DNA of 64,000 bases from Candidatus Latescibacterota bacterium (lineage in GTDB: Bacteria; Latescibacterota; UBA2968; UBA8231): NCBI GenBank assembly GCA_965261395.1, contig OZ253462.1, positions 5,504,001-5,568,000 of the forward strand, in the 5' to 3' direction. Shown piece by piece: positions 1 through 8,161 of the stretch. Positions within the stretch are counted from its first letter, which is position 1; each line of letters opens with the position of its first letter. Both the position numbers and the translations under genes were made by a program. The notes under the pieces are model-generated. The model saw only the letters and a program-made list of their open reading frames with translations. It was not told the origin of the DNA and ran no database searches.

Positions 1-581
1 AGCGCCTCTTGCACCGGTGCCGACGTTTCGCCCAGTTCGACCATCTCGACATCGTCGAAGGCAAAATCTTGGGCCTTGGCACCTGAAAAGGCACCCAAGA
101 CCTGCGTACCAGGCAAGACCGAACTCAAGAGGTCGCTACCTACCGCGCTAACATCAGCTATCGCCGATATATCCTGCGGCAAATCCGGCGGTGCCATCGA
201 CTGTAGCATCTCCATCTGCACTTCGGATATCTCGGGACGCTTGGCTAGATCGAAGTTCTTTTCGAGAATTGGTGGAGGAGCGCGGAAGATAATGAGCGAC
301 TCCTTTTTCTCTTCTACGCCAATGCCAAAGAGATAATCATAAACGAAGACGCCAGCGTGGATGGATACCGAGAGGACAAAGGCCACGCTCATACTCAGTC
401 GGCGGCCGGTGGTAGCCGTATATAGGGCGTATATCAGCACCCCGGCACCCGCCAAACCGGCGGCGATCACCACCCACTTGGACAGGATGAAAAGCACGTG
501 AATGAGCAAGGCCGCGCCGACCGCCATATAGGCCGTTTTTTTGCGCTGGGCCTGTACTGCTTTTTTATACTCGTCTACCAC
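1..581 (-). CDS. TonB-like membrane-anchored periplasmic protein, N-terminal part (runs off window edge)
   Basis: Not in the ORF track. Manual translation from GTG 581 with an AGGGGGAAG RBS gives MVDEYKKAVQAQRKKTAYMAVGAALLIHVLF...LSVSIHAGVFVY...RAPPPILEK. It has an SxxxH TM motif and a Pro-containing linker and lies directly downstream of exbD. No TonB C-terminal domain is visible in the window. Confidence 0.6.
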   Translation of the reverse strand, partial: MVDEYKKAVQAQRKKTAYMAVGAALLIHVLFILSKWVVIAAGLAGAGVLIYALYTATTGRRLSMSVAFVLSVSIHAGVFVYDYLFGIGVEEKKESLIIFRAPPPILEKNFDLAKRPEISEVQMEMLQSMAPPDLPQDISAIADVSAVGSDLLSSVLPGTQVLGAFSGAKAQDFAFDDVEMVELGETSAPVQEA

Positions 582-619
582 AGTTCTTCCCCCTCTTGGA
601 AGGGCCTAGAGACCTTCAC

Positions 620-1027
620 TTAGTTGCGCTGCGGTTCCGTGGCGATGACCTGATCGATGACACCCACCTGGCGAGCAATGTCCATGATCTGGACGATTTG
701 CCCGTGCGCGGAGCGCTCGTCTCCCTGGATGATAAGCATCGTGGTGTTATCCAGCAGTTGTCTCTTCGCCTGCAATTCCTCTTTGAGGGTTGCAAAGGTC
801 ACCGACTTGTGGTTCAGTTTCATGTTGCCGTCCTGATCCACGACGATAAAGAGGTTCTCCTTCTCCGGAGCCTGAGCCTCTTCGGACTCGGGCAATTTGA
901 TATCCAAACCCGGAGTGATGGCAAACACTGCGGTCACCATGAAGAAGATGAGTAGCTGAAAGACCACGTCAATCATCGGCGTCAGATCGGGCATGGCCAG
1001 TTCTTTTTTTTCTACTCTCTCAGCCAT
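620..1027 (-). CDS. exbD: ExbD/TolR family biopolymer transporter
   Basis: DLTPMIDVVFQLLIFFMV TM segment with the conserved Asp; C-terminal IIQGD...G.IVQIMD. Confidence 0.92.
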   Translation of the reverse strand: MAERVEKKELAMPDLTPMIDVVFQLLIFFMVTAVFAITPGLDIKLPESEEAQAPEKENLFIVVDQDGNMKLNHKSVTFATLKEELQAKRQLLDNTTMLIIQGDERSAHGQIVQIMDIARQVGVIDQVIATEPQRN

Positions 1028-1058
1028 TTTATCTCATGCCTCCTAAGAAGAGCCGCCC

Positions 1059-1712
1059 TTAGGCAGCCCGAGTGCCTTGCCAGCGGCGCAGTAGGGCGTC
1101 CACAAAACCGTGGCCGTATGCTTCAAACTCAACGGCCTTGCCTGTGGCGCGGTTGCTAAAGTACGTGAAGATGGCGATTGAAGGCACGGCGATCACCAGA
1201 CCGGTAACTGTGGTGATCAGCGCTTCGGAAATACCTGCGGCGACGATCGTCGGCTCACCGAGACCCTTTTCCGCAATACCTTCAAAAGCGTTGATCATAC
1301 CGTTGACCGTACCCAACAGGCCGAGCAACACCACGGATTTAGCCACGAAGTCGATAACGGCCAGATATCGTTCGAGATACCCCAAGGCGGCGCGTTCAAC
1401 CGTGCCGTTCATTTCCACGCGCATCTCCTCCATCGTGCGTTGCTCGCGCGACAAGTGCTCAAAGCGCTCGAGCCCCTCGCCGTACACCTCGCCTTCGAGC
1501 TTGCCGACTTCGGTGCAGTATTCCTTGAGCTGGTCGATGGAAGCACCCGAGTCTATACGCGCGTTGACGTCGTTGGTGATTTCGGCCAATTCGTCCTCGG
1601 AGCGCAGCCGTGCATACGTCCAAATGCGCTCGAGAAAGAACGCAATGGAAAGCATAGACCAGAGCCCCAAAGGCCACATGAAAGGTCCGCCTTCTTGAAA
1701 AAGATCAATCAT
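1059..1712 (-). CDS. exbB: MotA/TolQ/ExbB proton channel family protein
   Basis: GGPFMWPL N-terminus; LLGLLGTVNGMINAF and GISEALITTVTGLVIAVP motifs. Confidence 0.92.
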   Translation of the reverse strand: MIDLFQEGGPFMWPLGLWSMLSIAFFLERIWTYARLRSEDELAEITNDVNARIDSGASIDQLKEYCTEVGKLEGEVYGEGLERFEHLSREQRTMEEMRVEMNGTVERAALGYLERYLAVIDFVAKSVVLLGLLGTVNGMINAFEGIAEKGLGEPTIVAAGISEALITTVTGLVIAVPSIAIFTYFSNRATGKAVEFEAYGHGFVDALLRRWQGTRAA

Positions 1713-1754
1713 TTTCTTTCTCCCTCCTTAAGTTAGGACGCAAAGAAATCAAGG

Positions 1755-4700
1755 TTAAAGGACGCGAGCTTCCTGCATTACCTCTAGCTGCTCTCTGGCA
1801 TAGTCCACCTGCGTCCCGTACTTGGGGTTGTCGCCATAGTTGTCGACAACCTCCTGAAAGATGGCACCGGCTTGGCGGAATTCCTCTTGTTTCATATGGG
1901 CGGCACCGATGTTGACCAGTGAGTTGACAGCTTGGTCGCTCTTGGGGTACTTCTGCCGCACCTCCTCGAAGATCGCCGTTGCCTCATCGAAATTGTCCTC
2001 AGATAAGAGCTTTTCGCCCGTTGCATAAAGATTATAGGCGTCGATCTCAGCCAAATGCCCGAGCAAGGTCTTTGCCTTTTTCGGCAGCGCTCGATCTTGG
2101 GCAATCAGCTTGTCAGCGGGAAAGCGCTCCAAGAAAGTCTGGTAGCTCTCGGTGGCCTTCTCGTACTCCTTGAGGCCGTAATAGTAATCTCCGAGCGTAA
2201 ATTGGCTGCGTGGCCCATATGTACCATTGGGATATTCAGCAACGATTCGCTCAAAGATCGGCACCGCGTCTTCATTGCGCTCGAGATTGATCAAGCACCA
2301 AGCCTTGTTGTAAAGCGCATCGTCCACGTAGCTCGACTTGGGATAGCTCTTAATGATTCGGTCATAATAGACCTTGGCATCCAAGAAGTTCTGGTTTTTG
2401 TCCTCTATGCCGCTCCGGTTAGTCATGTTAAACAGAGCATCGCCAGCGCGGAAAAGCGCCTCAGATGCATAGCGGGACTGCGGATACGTATCGGCTAGGC
2501 TAGCAAAAATATCGCTGGCAGCACGCCATTTACCCATCCGATAATGCGCCCAGGCATCGTAGTAATAGGCATGCACTGCGCGCTCGTCTTCGGGATATTG
2601 GGTGTAATAGGTATTGAACGCCTTTGACATCGCTGGTAGCACTTCGATATTGCCGTTAGCCGATAGCCTGTTATAGGCTACGCCGATCTGGAATTGGGCA
2701 TTTCTGGCCCAAGCAATCTGCGGGTAGTTTTCGATGATGGTGTTATACGTGGCAATTGCTTGGACGAACTGCTCCGACCGGTAGAAGCAGTTGCCTTGGA
2801 CAAAGAGCGCGTTGGCAATGCTCTCGACATTCATGGCTAAGTCGATTAGCTGCTGAGCCGCTTCAATACTCTGCTGGAACTTATCCAATTTGAAATAGGC
2901 ATTGGCCAAGCGAATGAGTAAGCGCTCCCGGTCTTCGCTAGAGGCAGCAGTAGCCAACATCTCCTCGTAGATGCGCACCGCTTCCTCTGGATTGCCCGTC
3001 TTTTCGGCCATTGAGATTAGCTGCAGCCGCGCCGAACGCACCAAGCTTTCGTCTCCTGAAGCAATGACCTCATTCAGTAGCTTCTCCGCCTCGGTGTCGC
3101 TGCCTTCCGCAGAGTACGAGAGCGCCATCGAGAACGTGACCTTTAACTGCATCGCCTTGGGGATCTTGGTGTCCAATAGCCACTTGTAATCGACCAGCGC
3201 GCGGTCGTAACGGCCCGAATAGTGGTAGGCCAATCCACGGCCATAGCGAGTGTCGCGAATGACAATGACATCGCTTTCTGGGTACTCTTCAAGCACCCTG
3301 GTGTAGCCCTCGACTGCGTCGACGTAGTTTTTATTGTTGAGGTCGAGTTGGGCCATCTGGAAATGCGCCCTAGCCTCCAAATCGCGGTCGCCGGTCACGC
3401 CTTCCAGCAATTGATTGAGCAGTGCACGTCCCTCGGTGATGCGATCTTGAGAAATGTAGATGTTGGCCGCCTCAATCAACGCGGCGATGTACGTCTCGCG
3501 GGCATCGCGATCAACCTTGGAAAAAGCAACGATGGCCTCGTCTTTCTGCCCTTCATCTCGGTAGAGAATACCAAGGCCATAGTACGCATCGGCCGTATGC
3601 CGCGTATCCTGATAGCTCTCCGTTATAGCCTTGTAGGCCTCAATGGCCTCCTCAACTTTCTGCTGCTCGTAGCTGAGCCGGGCGATGCGCAACAGGCACA
3701 ACGGCGCTTGGTCTGAGCGGGGGAAGTTGTCCACCGCCTGCGTGTAGCTCGCAATAGCTTGGTCCGCCACGCCGAGTTTTTCGGTAGACCAGCCTGCGCT
3801 GTAGAGCGCTGCGGAGCGCAACCCCGTCTCGCTATCGGGGTAGTCCGCCAGCAGTTTTAGGTAGTCTTCACGGGCAGCGGCGTAGTCTGCGGCAAAGTAC
3901 TTGGCTTCGCCTTTCTGATACTGAGCGTTGGCCGGATAAGGCGTATCCCCATAGAGTTCAATTACCTGGTTGTAAGCGGTCCACGCCTCGTCGAACTTAT
4001 CCCACTCCATGTAGTTGTCGCCGATTCTCATCTGCACCTTGGCCTTGTAAAAGCGTTCCTCGGCGGTCTCCTGAGCGGCGATCAACTCTTGGTAGGCTTC
4101 CTCGTATTGGTCTGTTTTGCGAAAGATCTCAGCGACGCGCAACGAGGAGGTCTCGAAGAGCTGCCGGTAGTTTTCAAAGTCGACATTCTTACCCTCGCGA
4201 AACGAACCGCGCAAGAGTTCAAACATCCGGTCGTAGAGATTGCGCACATCGCGATAGGATTCAATTGCCTCCGCGTCGCGTCCCATCTGGTCATAGGCGT
4301 TGGCCTTCAGATAGAGAGCTTGGGCAATGACCGGACTATTGGGATACTTGTCGAGGACTATCTGAGTCATATCAACGGCTTCGCCGTACTCGCCCTTCTC
4401 ATAGAGCGCACTGGCGATGCGGAACTGGGAATCTGGCGCATAGCGATCTTCCGGATAAGCCGCTAGCATGCCGTTGAGCGTTTCGATGGATTGGTCGTAT
4501 TCTTTGGTGTTAAACTCGCTCCAGCCCGCGTAAAAATACGCCTTGCCGGCTTCCCTCGTCTCGGAGAACAGCTCGACATAGAGCTTGTATTCCTTTGCTG
4601 CTTCGCCGAACTCTTTGGCGAAGAAGCGGGTCTCGGCGACTTGAAACTGCACCAATGACTTGAAATCCTCGGCCACATTCCCTGTGTCGATAACTTGGCG

Positions 4701-5006
4701 ATAGGCTTCCACCGCTTTTTCGTGTTGCCCACTCTTCTTGTAGGCATTGCCTAGCTGATACCAAGCCGCCGCGACTACGGGCAATTCCAGGTCCCTGCCA
4801 AACGTCACCCGTACACTATCGGTGCGCACGGCCTTGCTGGCGAACTTGACGATCTTTGAATACTCGATGATCGCCCCTTCAAACTCGCCAAGGGCGTAGA
4901 GAGATTGTCCGGCGTCAAAACTGGTCTTCAGATTTTGCGGCACCGGTAGAAAAAGGCTAGCTCCTAGCCCCAATCCCAGCGCGATAAGTCCAGCCCAGAC
5001 CGTCAT
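1755..5006 (-). CDS. Large membrane-anchored tetratricopeptide repeat protein (1083 aa)
   Basis: N-terminal hydrophobic anchor; TPRs along the whole length with recurring YP.S/T...A.(F/Y)..G units of the BamD/CpoB type. Confidence 0.9.
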   Translation of the reverse strand: MTVWAGLIALGLGLGASLFLPVPQNLKTSFDAGQSLYALGEFEGAIIEYSKIVKFASKAVRTDSVRVTFGRDLELPVVAAAWYQLGNAYKKSGQHEKAVEAYRQVIDTGNVAEDFKSLVQFQVAETRFFAKEFGEAAKEYKLYVELFSETREAGKAYFYAGWSEFNTKEYDQSIETLNGMLAAYPEDRYAPDSQFRIASALYEKGEYGEAVDMTQIVLDKYPNSPVIAQALYLKANAYDQMGRDAEAIESYRDVRNLYDRMFELLRGSFREGKNVDFENYRQLFETSSLRVAEIFRKTDQYEEAYQELIAAQETAEERFYKAKVQMRIGDNYMEWDKFDEAWTAYNQVIELYGDTPYPANAQYQKGEAKYFAADYAAAREDYLKLLADYPDSETGLRSAALYSAGWSTEKLGVADQAIASYTQAVDNFPRSDQAPLCLLRIARLSYEQQKVEEAIEAYKAITESYQDTRHTADAYYGLGILYRDEGQKDEAIVAFSKVDRDARETYIAALIEAANIYISQDRITEGRALLNQLLEGVTGDRDLEARAHFQMAQLDLNNKNYVDAVEGYTRVLEEYPESDVIVIRDTRYGRGLAYHYSGRYDRALVDYKWLLDTKIPKAMQLKVTFSMALSYSAEGSDTEAEKLLNEVIASGDESLVRSARLQLISMAEKTGNPEEAVRIYEEMLATAASSEDRERLLIRLANAYFKLDKFQQSIEAAQQLIDLAMNVESIANALFVQGNCFYRSEQFVQAIATYNTIIENYPQIAWARNAQFQIGVAYNRLSANGNIEVLPAMSKAFNTYYTQYPEDERAVHAYYYDAWAHYRMGKWRAASDIFASLADTYPQSRYASEALFRAGDALFNMTNRSGIEDKNQNFLDAKVYYDRIIKSYPKSSYVDDALYNKAWCLINLERNEDAVPIFERIVAEYPNGTYGPRSQFTLGDYYYGLKEYEKATESYQTFLERFPADKLIAQDRALPKKAKTLLGHLAEIDAYNLYATGEKLLSEDNFDEATAIFEEVRQKYPKSDQAVNSLVNIGAAHMKQEEFRQAGAIFQEVVDNYGDNPKYGTQVDYAREQLEVMQEARVL

Positions 5007-5063
5007 TTGTGCATCTCCTTGTCTAGGTTCCTAGTTTGGAGTTCATCGGGGTCTTTTTTTGGT

Positions 5064-5999
5064 TTAGAATTCGTATGAAAAGGAAAACCGGTGCGCGCCA
5101 TTGGTCTCGGTCAGATCCAAGCCGATGTCATAGGCATAGTCGAACACCAACTGGTTCCACTGATAGCCCAACCCCGCATTCAATCCCCCACCGGCGTCCT
5201 CAGACAACAAACGACGACCCCCCGCCCGCAACAACAACCCCTCCACCAACTGCGTCTCCCCACCAACAACCAACCCGTGATCCGAGCCCTCCCCCGTCAA
5301 ATCGCGACGCACGTATTGCACCGACACCAACGACTGACTGCTCAGACGATACCCCACCCCCACATGCACGTCCATGGGCAACGTACCCGCATTCGCGTCC
5401 CCTTCCACCTCACCATACGCCACATTCGGCTGATTGATATTCTTCAACAACACCCCCACCTGCGCCCCTTGCATCGGACTCTGCCACATCAAGCCCAAAT
5501 CCAAACCGACATTGCCCGCGCTCTGGTTCGACAGCGGGTCGGGACGACCCTCATCGTCGGGAATCGATCCCACGCTCCAAAACAAATACTTGGCCGACAC
5601 CCCCACCTGCAGCCGACGCTGCACCTGATACGACAGCGACACAAACGCCCCGTTCTCGCTCATCAGCGACGAGCCAATCCGCTCATAGCCCAAGCCCAAG
5701 CCCATCTTGTCGCCCAAAGGCTGCGCATAGGAAACCACATGCTGACCCAAGTCGTCGCCTTCGATGCCCGCATACAAAAGCGACACATTGGTGTAGGCTA
5801 CCTGGCGCTGGGCCACCTGACCCAACCCCGCCGGATTGGCAAACACCGCATCCGAATTGTCGGCCACCGCCACAAAGCTGTTGCCCAACCCCTGGGCCCG
5901 TGCCCCAGAGCCGACATTCTGAATGTTGACAACCCCGTCGCTTGGTTGAGCGACGAACAGCAAGCCGACTAAAACACTAAGCATTTTCAGAGATTTCAT
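5064..5999 (-). CDS. PorV/PorQ/UPF0164 (FadL-like) outer-membrane beta-barrel
   Basis: Signal peptide; GARAQGLGNSFVAVADNSDAVFANPAGL family motif; alternating beta strands; ends HRFSFSYEF. Confidence 0.85.
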   Translation of the reverse strand: MKSLKMLSVLVGLLFVAQPSDGVVNIQNVGSGARAQGLGNSFVAVADNSDAVFANPAGLGQVAQRQVAYTNVSLLYAGIEGDDLGQHVVSYAQPLGDKMGLGLGYERIGSSLMSENGAFVSLSYQVQRRLQVGVSAKYLFWSVGSIPDDEGRPDPLSNQSAGNVGLDLGLMWQSPMQGAQVGVLLKNINQPNVAYGEVEGDANAGTLPMDVHVGVGYRLSSQSLVSVQYVRRDLTGEGSDHGLVVGGETQLVEGLLLRAGGRRLLSEDAGGGLNAGLGYQWNQLVFDYAYDIGLDLTETNGAHRFSFSYEF

Positions 6000-6034
6000 A
6001 ATGCCAACTCCTCCTTGGTGGTCTCGCTTAAAGG

Positions 6035-6781
6035 CTAGTTTGCCTTAGCGACTTTAGGAACGACCGTGCCGTCCTTGTAAATCTTGCCGATATCTCGGAC
6101 GAATTTATAGAAAATATTGGTGGTCTCCACCGGCTCGTTTCGAAAGTCAAATCGCAGGATTACATCAAGCACTTGGACTTCGATATCACTCACGTCTGGG
6201 TGGAGCACGGGAAAAATGACAAAGCCCTCTGCCTCTTGGCCACTGAAGATCTCCTCGTCTTTGAGCATCGTCCGCCGCAGCAAGTCGCGGCGCTCCTGGT
6301 AGCGGGCATATTCGTTGCCCCTGTAGCCTATGGCATAGGCGCGATAATAAGTATCGAGTTGCTCAAAGTTGAGACTCCAATACTCTCGATTATTGCTCGC
6401 TTTGACGACTATTTTGCTTGGATCGATTTTGACTTTGGGGTAGGCGTAATTCTTAATGCTGAGACGGAAGACGGTGAATCGCTGTTTTTCTTCGTCTGTT
6501 CCCCAAAATATCGTATTGCCAAAGGTATAGGGGTTTGTAGACTTAGGACCCGTTTGGGAATTGTTGAAAAACTGGCGATTCAACTCCTCGTCTGTCATCG
6601 GCTTGAGTCGCACTTCAAAGCGATCTTGGGCAAAGGTCAGGGTCCCGTCATCTGCCACACTGATAGACGAGGCCTGTTGTTGGCCAGGCTGCAATGGCCC
6701 CGTGTAATAGCTATATCCACAGCCCAGCAAACCCGAGCCGATGACAACCAAGGTAAATAATACTCGAGTAGAATTCATCAT
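6035..6781 (-). CDS. Hypothetical lipoprotein (paralog of 22906..23664)
   Basis: Lipobox LLGC; shares VADDGT, PMTD.ELNRQF, NPYTFGN, QRFTVFR and NY.YPKV..DP blocks with the paralog. Confidence 0.8.
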   Translation of the reverse strand: MMNSTRVLFTLVVIGSGLLGCGYSYYTGPLQPGQQQASSISVADDGTLTFAQDRFEVRLKPMTDEELNRQFFNNSQTGPKSTNPYTFGNTIFWGTDEEKQRFTVFRLSIKNYAYPKVKIDPSKIVVKASNNREYWSLNFEQLDTYYRAYAIGYRGNEYARYQERRDLLRRTMLKDEEIFSGQEAEGFVIFPVLHPDVSDIEVQVLDVILRFDFRNEPVETTNIFYKFVRDIGKIYKDGTVVPKVAKAN

Positions 6782-7758
6782 TCAGAAACTCCTCCGTGGT
6801 ACAGCTTTGTGTACAAAGAGGCTTTCAAGCGCCCCCAAGACCTCGGCTCCACAGCCATCCCTTGCAAAGTACCTTCTAGCGACATCGGCATCAAGTCGGT
6901 GAAGCGATCGGAAAAGCGATACGAGTTGTGTTGGCCCGAAAGCGACCACTTAGCATCAAAAAGATCCGAATGCACATCAAGATCGTTGAACTCTACGTTA
7001 AAACCAAGGATTTCACCTTCTCGTAAGAGGTGCTCCTCGCTCTGAAAGACCGCATTGATATCAACGCGATCAAAGGGCACGAGCATGACTTCGTAGTTCG
7101 TCACTCCCTTTCCTCCCAAGACACCTGCAAACTCGACCGCCGCCCTAGTATAAGGTCCGTCGGGTAATGCGTACCAAACGGCGGCGGAATAATTGACGAA
7201 AAAATCCTCGTCGGGCGGCGGGCCAGCCAAAACGAAATGGTTAGCTTCAGTTCCGTTGCGCCGCCTATACTCTTCGTCGCTCAACTCGGTGAAATTAGCA
7301 AATTGTCCACCAGAGTGGTCCGCGTCGATAAATAATTCCATCGCATCGTCTCGAAAAATCACCTCAGCACTACCGGCGGGACGATCGATCTGATGTATAT
7401 CATCGCGAACCTGAGCGGCGATATAGAGCCTGTTCTCCGCTTTATTCCACCCTACCATGAGACGGGCAGCAAAATCGTCCGAATCGCTCGCCTCAACTTC
7501 TGGACTAATCAGGTCGTGAAACTGACCCGTTAGTATGGCGTAGGAGTCGCCTACAACCTCCCAATCTGTCAAATCTCCGTCAATGGCGGGGACCAAGTGA
7601 TCGGGAAATTGAAAGGCTCTGTAGGCCACTCCTTCGGGGTAATGCCCCAGAGCCGGTTTAGCTAAACCTACTGTTATCTGTAGCGCCAGCCCTAAAAAAA
7701 ACAACCACAACCAACACCTCAGCCGCCGCCTTCTTATTTGTTTTTTGCTATCTTTCAA
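6778..7758 (-). CDS. Secreted DOMON/CBM9-like protein with C-terminal SWGRLK motif
   Basis: PAIDGDLTDW, LYIAAQVRDD, DAMELFIDAD and GFNVEFND are CBM9/DOMON-like; the start codon is uncertain. Confidence 0.7.
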   Translation of the reverse strand: MKDSKKQIRRRRLRCWLWLFFLGLALQITVGLAKPALGHYPEGVAYRAFQFPDHLVPAIDGDLTDWEVVGDSYAILTGQFHDLISPEVEASDSDDFAARLMVGWNKAENRLYIAAQVRDDIHQIDRPAGSAEVIFRDDAMELFIDADHSGGQFANFTELSDEEYRRRNGTEANHFVLAGPPPDEDFFVNYSAAVWYALPDGPYTRAAVEFAGVLGGKGVTNYEVMLVPFDRVDINAVFQSEEHLLREGEILGFNVEFNDLDVHSDLFDAKWSLSGQHNSYRFSDRFTDLMPMSLEGTLQGMAVEPRSWGRLKASLYTKLYHGGVSE

Positions 7759-7772
7759 TTGTATGGGGCTGT

Positions 7773-7801
7773 ATGATAATCAATGGCCTAAGACGTGTCA
7801 A
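7773..7801 (-). promoter_or_regulatory. sigma70-type promoter for the exbBD/PorV-like operon
   Basis: Minus strand TTGACA-N17-TATCAT. Confidence 0.7.
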
Positions 7802-7997
7802 GATATACTTAGAGATAGCCGTGGAAACAATGGATCTATAACGAATAAAATAGATAAATAACAATAGGTTAGGTCTATTTAATCCCCATGTAAATCGCTG
7901 CAAATCCCCTCATCCACGCCTCGACTTGACTGATTATCTGAGCGATTGACGACAAAGGCATGTCTTTTTTCGTAATCGTCGGCCCGATCTGGCTATC

Positions 7998-8026
7998 TTG
8001 AGATGTTCACCAATATACTATATAAT
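7998..8026 (+). promoter_or_regulatory. sigma70-type promoter for the divergent operon
   Basis: TTGAGA-N17-TATAAT in an AT-rich intergenic region. Confidence 0.7.
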
Positions 8027-8161
8027 ATAGCGCAATGTCGACCAAGATACGCGATTAGTCCAGTCGATACGGACTGGGTTGGAGCGCGTAACCGCCGTCG
8101 GTGCCCTTGTTTTGCTCGTCGCAGGCAGCCAAGAGCTTACATTCTTGCGCGGAGGTGTTTG

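Noticed and set aside
3258-3269. 6-bp duplication AATGAC x2 in the TPR gene (VIVI)
   Set aside because: In frame and too short to interpret.
5091-5972. Long antisense ORFs (also 26484..27437, 48901..49932, 47386..48351, 55183..56013, 56643..57545)
   Set aside because: They shadow well-supported genes on the opposite strand, have no recognisable motifs, and are expected in GC-rich DNA.
8003-8161. ORF-track N-terminal extension of the 937-aa protein
   Set aside because: It overlaps the predicted promoter; the RBS and signal peptide support ATG 8162.
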